Part shown: in pieces, positions 16,697 through 20,000 of the stretch
Position numbering within the stretch: position 1 is the first letter of the stretch
How the letters are laid out: each line of letters opens with the position of its first letter
IMG/VR virus record: IMGVR_UViG_3300042868_013692
Length of the DNA: 20,000 nucleotides
DNA from: an uncultured virus (IMG/VR IMGVR_UViG_3300042868_013692)
Taxonomy: Duplodnaviria; Heunggongvirae; Uroviricota; Caudoviricetes
Direction: 5' to 3' (one strand)
The notes under the pieces: model-generated
The model's database searches: none
Seen by the model: only the letters and a program-made list of their open reading frames with translations
What the model was told of the DNA's origin: nothing
Translations under genes and position numbers: made by a program

Positions 16697-17071
16697 TTAC
16701 TTAATTGTTGTTATTGTCGGGTTATTTAAATTACTAGGATGATCGCTAAATCTATCAGGAATTTCTTCTACATTCCATCCTTTAGTTTTGACAAAATCAC
16801 TAATTGTGGTTATTAGTGACGCTGTGTTTACTGAAAGTAAACCGTCTGCAATCTGGACATTAATTAAATTTCTTGCTTCGATGTTTTCGCCGGATAAATT
16901 AATCTTTTCTGGTATTTGCACTTCTATCCATGTTGGGTGGGAGCTAGAAATCTTGTAATTAAATATTCCGTTCCCATTCACCCTAATGTCATAGTTTTCA
17001 GATATATCTGAAAATAGTCTAATATTCTCGCCGTACTCTACAGCTTCTTTCGATATTCTTAAAGTTGACAT
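16697..17071 (-). CDS. Hypothetical protein (124 aa from MSTLRISK)
   Basis: ATG with A-rich leader; appears co-transcribed with 16382-16687. Confidence 0.65.
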   Translation of the reverse strand: MSTLRISKEAVEYGENIRLFSDISENYDIRVNGNGIFNYKISSSHPTWIEVQIPEKINLSGENIEARNLINVQIADGLLSVNTASLITTISDFVKTKGWNVEEIPDRFSDHPSNLNNPTITTIK

Positions 17072-17252
17072 TTTTGCTCTTAATTTTGAAATTTGATTTA
17101 CCGTTCTATAAAACTTACCCAAAATTACCAAAGTCTAGACACATCTGGACAGCGATAATCTATGTTTGACATTTTGTTGATTTGATTTTTATTTATCTAT
17201 AATTAGATATATATCAAATCGTATATAAAGTCAAGAAAATAAAGTCCAATTT

Positions 17253-17408
17253 TTAAACAATTAAATTGTCATAAATGGTATTGAAATTAACGCCAAAATT
17301 AACACCAAAAACCTTTTCAAGCTTGCATAGAGTCGGGTATGCGATCGCCTCTTCATCTTTTGTTATCCGATTCCAATATGTCCGGCTAATTTTAGCCTCC
17401 TCGCATTT
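17253..17408 (-). pseudogene. C-terminal fragment of an XRE-type HTH regulator
   Basis: CEEAKISRTYWNRI...TLCKLEKVFGVNFGVNF resembles the second half of small cyanobacterial HTH proteins; the 5' end runs into a dispersed repeat. Confidence 0.55.
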
Positions 17409-17422
17409 AAGCCCCGGTAACT

Positions 17423-17516
17423 GAAAATCGCCGCTACACAAACAAATTCCGCCCGCGCAGACTAACCAAAAATCAAGAATTTGATTTTGTCTGTGTAGAC
17501 GGGATTTCTAACCACC
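17423..17516. repeat. Two inverted copies of a cyanobacterial short dispersed repeat
   Basis: Minus 17463-17423 reads agtctgcgcgggcggaatttgtttgtgtagcggcgattttc; plus 17485-17516 reads ttttgtctgtgtagacgggatttctaaccacc. They share TTTGTYTGTGTAG..GATTT. Family assignment is from recall. Confidence 0.55.
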
Positions 17517-17555
17517 AGTTTAACTTGTATAATCAACCGATTTATTCATTTTTAA

Positions 17556-17897
17556 TTATGGGTTTTGGGCTGGTGTCTTTTTTTCTTTCAGTTTTTCTAC
17601 TTCCTCTTGTAAAAGTCGGTAGCGATTTTCTACGGTGTTTTCTTCCTTTTCTGGTTTAGTTCTAGGGACTCTACCAATTTCCATTTCCCGTTTTTCTAAC
17701 CAGACTGCATTTCTAACTTTTTCATAGTCAAGATACCACTCACGGATAGCTTCTGCAACTACTTCCGAAGGTTCAGTTTCTATACCAGCGATAGTTTTTT
17801 GTAATTCTGTGATAGCATCTAAAGAAACGTCCGAAAAAACATAATCTTGGTTTCTCACGACTTCGGTAAATGCTTGGATAATTTGATTAGCTTCCAT
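17556..17897 (-). CDS. Hypothetical protein (113 aa)
   Basis: ATG-started ORF downstream of the promoter at 17936-17964. Confidence 0.75.
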   Translation of the reverse strand: MEANQIIQAFTEVVRNQDYVFSDVSLDAITELQKTIAGIETEPSEVVAEAIREWYLDYEKVRNAVWLEKREMEIGRVPRTKPEKEENTVENRYRLLQEEVEKLKEKKTPAQNP

Positions 17898-17935
17898 AGG
17901 TTTAGTTTGTGAATTGATTAATCTTTACTAAATAT

Positions 17936-17964
17936 ATAATACTATGGCTAACACATAAAGTCAA
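17936..17964 (-). promoter_or_regulatory. Sigma70-type promoter, near-identical to 6703-6731
   Basis: TTGACT-N17-TATTAT; 29/32 nt identical to the promoter at 6702-6733. Confidence 0.75.
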
Positions 17965-17988
17965 GCGCATTTTTAATTTATTTTCATA

Positions 17989-18360
17989 TTACAGGCGTAT
18001 TACAAGAATTTTGGATACAGGCGTGTGCTTGCACAATATATTGATCAAAATCAAAAATAAAATTGGGAAGATGATCACTTTCTTATAGGAAACTGCCCTT
18101 TTTTCTTTGCATCTTCCCTTTACTTTTGGTACGCCTTATGTTATACTCCGCTTCAGTTTTTTCAACGAGAGAATGTGGGTTTGAGGCGTGTTACAAGATT
18201 GGGATTTTATCGGCGTTAGTCTAGGTTGTGGACAAATGTTTGTTTGGTGGTTTTGGGGACGGCTGCGGGGAGCGATCGCTAAAAACACAAAACCCTTGCT
18301 GTGCGGATATTGCAATATGTTTTTTGTCGCCAAGGTTGGGCAGACTTTAGATTTTTTAGC
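17989..18360 (+). ncRNA. Structured non-coding element, copy 2
   Basis: Direct-repeat homologue of 6295-6668 with the same hairpins. Confidence 0.6.
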
Positions 18361-18395
18361 CGACGGTACGGGCGTTGACGGGATGCTGGTACAAA

Positions 18396-19094
18396 TATGA
18401 AAGTGGCACTGGAGCAAAGGATAATGGAACAAATTATTTCGTTTTAGCTAGTATTGCTATCTATGAAAAAGATTACTCAAAAAATTATGAAGAAATTTCC
18501 GCGCTCAAACGAAGTATTGTTAAAACAAAAGAACCTGAAGATTGGGAGTTAAAAGGTAACAAACTTTGTAAAGGGAAAGAACTCTTTAAAGGCTGAAACT
18601 TTGAAGCTCGTGTTCGTACATTTGTAACTATATCAGAAACTTTGAATAAAATCCCATGCCATATATCTTCTATTATAGTCAATAAAAAATTACTATATGA
18701 AAATAGAGAATTGTTGAAAGATGATATTACACTTTACCGTTTTACCTTCTACCGTTTATTAAAAGAATTAGATAGTTTTCTGAAATCCTCCAATGAAAGT
18801 GGAATTTTATTTTTGGACTCACGTTCAACACACAGTACAGGGAAACAAGATGATCGTTTGGTCAGGGCTTACAGAGAGTGGGTAAAATCACGAAAACATG
18901 ATTGTAATTTTGTAGAACAGCCCTGGTTAGGTGCTTCACAATTTTATGTAGGTCTACAATTAGCAGATTACGTTGCTTGCTTGATTAGTTTGAAGACACA
19001 AAATATGCAAAAAGATGATCGTAATTTTGGATTTTTAGAAGCTTTCGATATTTTAAAGGATAAAATTCATTTAGTTGAAATTCCTGAAAACTAG
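18396..19094 (+). pseudogene. DUF3800-family protein, 5'-truncated with an in-frame stop
   Basis: ESGTG..YFVLASIAI, WELKG, LFLDSR, GLQLADYVA motifs. ORFs 18375 and 18642 share a frame, separated by TGA at 18594-18596; the usual DESG reads YESG with no proper start. Confidence 0.85.
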
Positions 19095-19099
19095 AACAT

Positions 19100-19187
19100 T
19101 TAATGGCGAACCCACGACTGCATTAGCCGTGGGTTCATCCCTTGATAGACGATTACAAGACCGTCTCGACCCAATTAGGGGCGTTAA
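19100..19187 (+). ncRNA. Putative DUF3800-associated RNA motif
   Basis: Starts 5 nt after the DUF3800 stop. Stems: 19100-19105/19182-19187, 19108-19116/19128-19136 (perfect 9 bp), 19139-19145/19175-19181, 19147-19151/19162-19166. Confidence 0.6.
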
Positions 19188-19247
19188 TTAGATAAAAATA
19201 GAAAATTTGTCCGTTTTCTTGTCTGTTGTTTTGTCAAGTAAGCGTTT

Positions 19248-19309
19248 TGACAGGCGCACGGCGTTTCAACCGCACCATACCTTCCCGTGCAGTTCGGGAT
19301 ACCTTGTCA
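19248..19309 (-). ncRNA. Putative small three-way-junction RNA
   Basis: Minus strand: UGACA(A)GG/CCUGUCA closing stem, UCCCG/CGGGA hairpin, GUAUGGUG/CGCCGUGC hairpin with G-U pairs; extended -10 TGCTATTAT just upstream (about 19323-19331). Confidence 0.4.
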
Positions 19310-19379
19310 GAGTCTATATTTATAATAGCATAATTTTTTATTTTTTGTATATTTTTTTGTATATCTATCAATTTATATC

Positions 19380-20000
19380 CTAAACCATAGACTTTTTGAC
19401 TAGCGTTTGTAAACTGACAGGAAGACTGAGGATATTTAAACTTAATTGTTGCCAAGAAGATTTAGTAAATTCAATATTTCTTTTACCAATTCTTTGACAT
19501 ACCCATTCTACACAAGCAGAAACAATTGCATTACCAAATATAAAGCATATTGATCGTAAATTCTCGCTATTCGACACCAATCATCAGGAAAACCCATCAA
19601 TCTAGCATATTCAATATTAGTTAAACGCCGAAATTTATCACCTATTTGATAACGTTCATAATGTCTTGAGGTCGAAGCAGTTAATGTTGATGCAATTCCA
19701 TTAACTCCAAATATTGTATAACCTAATCTTGCGCCTCCATCTTGATTATATAATAATTCTACACCATGACAATAACGATGTACAGCTTTACTTTGCTTAA
19801 TTCTTTCTAAGGTATCAGATGTAAAATCAAATTGAGTATCTACCATTAAATCATCTTGGAGAATATCTTTTAATTTTTGTCTAGGTTTGATATCCGGTAA
19901 GGTAGAAAGATTCAAAGTTAACATTTTATTTTTATAAGCAATTCCCCAATTGTAATTCTTACCTTTATTTTCAACTATAGGCATCATATCTTTTTCTAGT
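19380..20000 (-). pseudogene. C-terminal part of a DNA cytosine-C5 methyltransferase, frameshifted at motif X
   Basis: ASTLTAS, RRLT.IEYARLMGFPDDW, then a shift near 19540 to FGNAIV..CVEWV; frame stays open to the window edge. Confidence 0.85.

Larger units (their letters stand above)
53..18279. repeat. HIP1 octamer GCGATCGC, nine copies
   Basis: At 53, 5223, 6155, 8425, 11851, 12544, 13699, 17341 and 18272; well under one copy is expected by chance in 20 kb of AT-rich DNA. Confidence 0.9.
1..18395. mobile_element. Prophage / phage-like region of a cyanobacterium (extends left of the window; right limit tentative)
   Basis: Terminase large subunit, probable small subunit, gp25-like baseplate, fibre genes, endolysin remnant and ParB-methylase; HIP1 enrichment. 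Right limit guessed from the 5' truncation of the DUF3800 gene near 18396. Confidence 0.75.

Noticed and set aside
18594..18596. Stop-codon recoding (TGA in DUF3800, TAA in endolysin)
   Set aside because: Different stop codons are involved, long genes are open in the standard code, and the same genes carry other lesions.
19147..19160. AGACGATTACAAGA in the DUF3800 RNA resembles AGACGTATTACAAGA at 6299-6313, suggesting a guide-target link
   Set aside because: Short gapped match in AT-rich DNA that could be chance; unsupported without co-variation in homologues.
19248..19309. Glutamine (glnA) or c-di-GMP riboswitch
   Set aside because: Three-way shape only; the conserved ligand-binding nucleotides are absent and no gene lies downstream.

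Overview
AT-rich phage-like DNA from a cyanobacterial host: nine HIP1 octamers (GCGATCGC) occur in 20 kb. It is most likely a partly decayed temperate myovirus-like prophage or phage-plasmid. Left: three minus-strand tail/fibre genes (one with a C-terminal LamG-like domain, one with 120-bp tandem repeats) and a divergent gp25-like baseplate gene. Centre: an unusually scattered mix of terminase large subunit, XRE-HTH, DUF559 nuclease, AlkB-like dioxygenase, LysM-like protein, ParB-DNA methylase, probable terminase small subunit, a multiply disrupted M15-peptidase endolysin, and small ORFs with their own sigma70 promoters and long palindromes. Right: a broken DUF3800 gene followed by a structured RNA-like element, and a frameshifted C5 methyltransferase. 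The most striking unexplained feature is a ~375-nt non-coding element present twice in direct orientation (6295-6668, 17989-18360). Its differences largely preserve base pairing through G-U/G-C swaps, and the two copies bracket an ~11.3-kb segment with near-identical inward-facing promoters. All family calls come from motif recognition by eye; no database searches were run.
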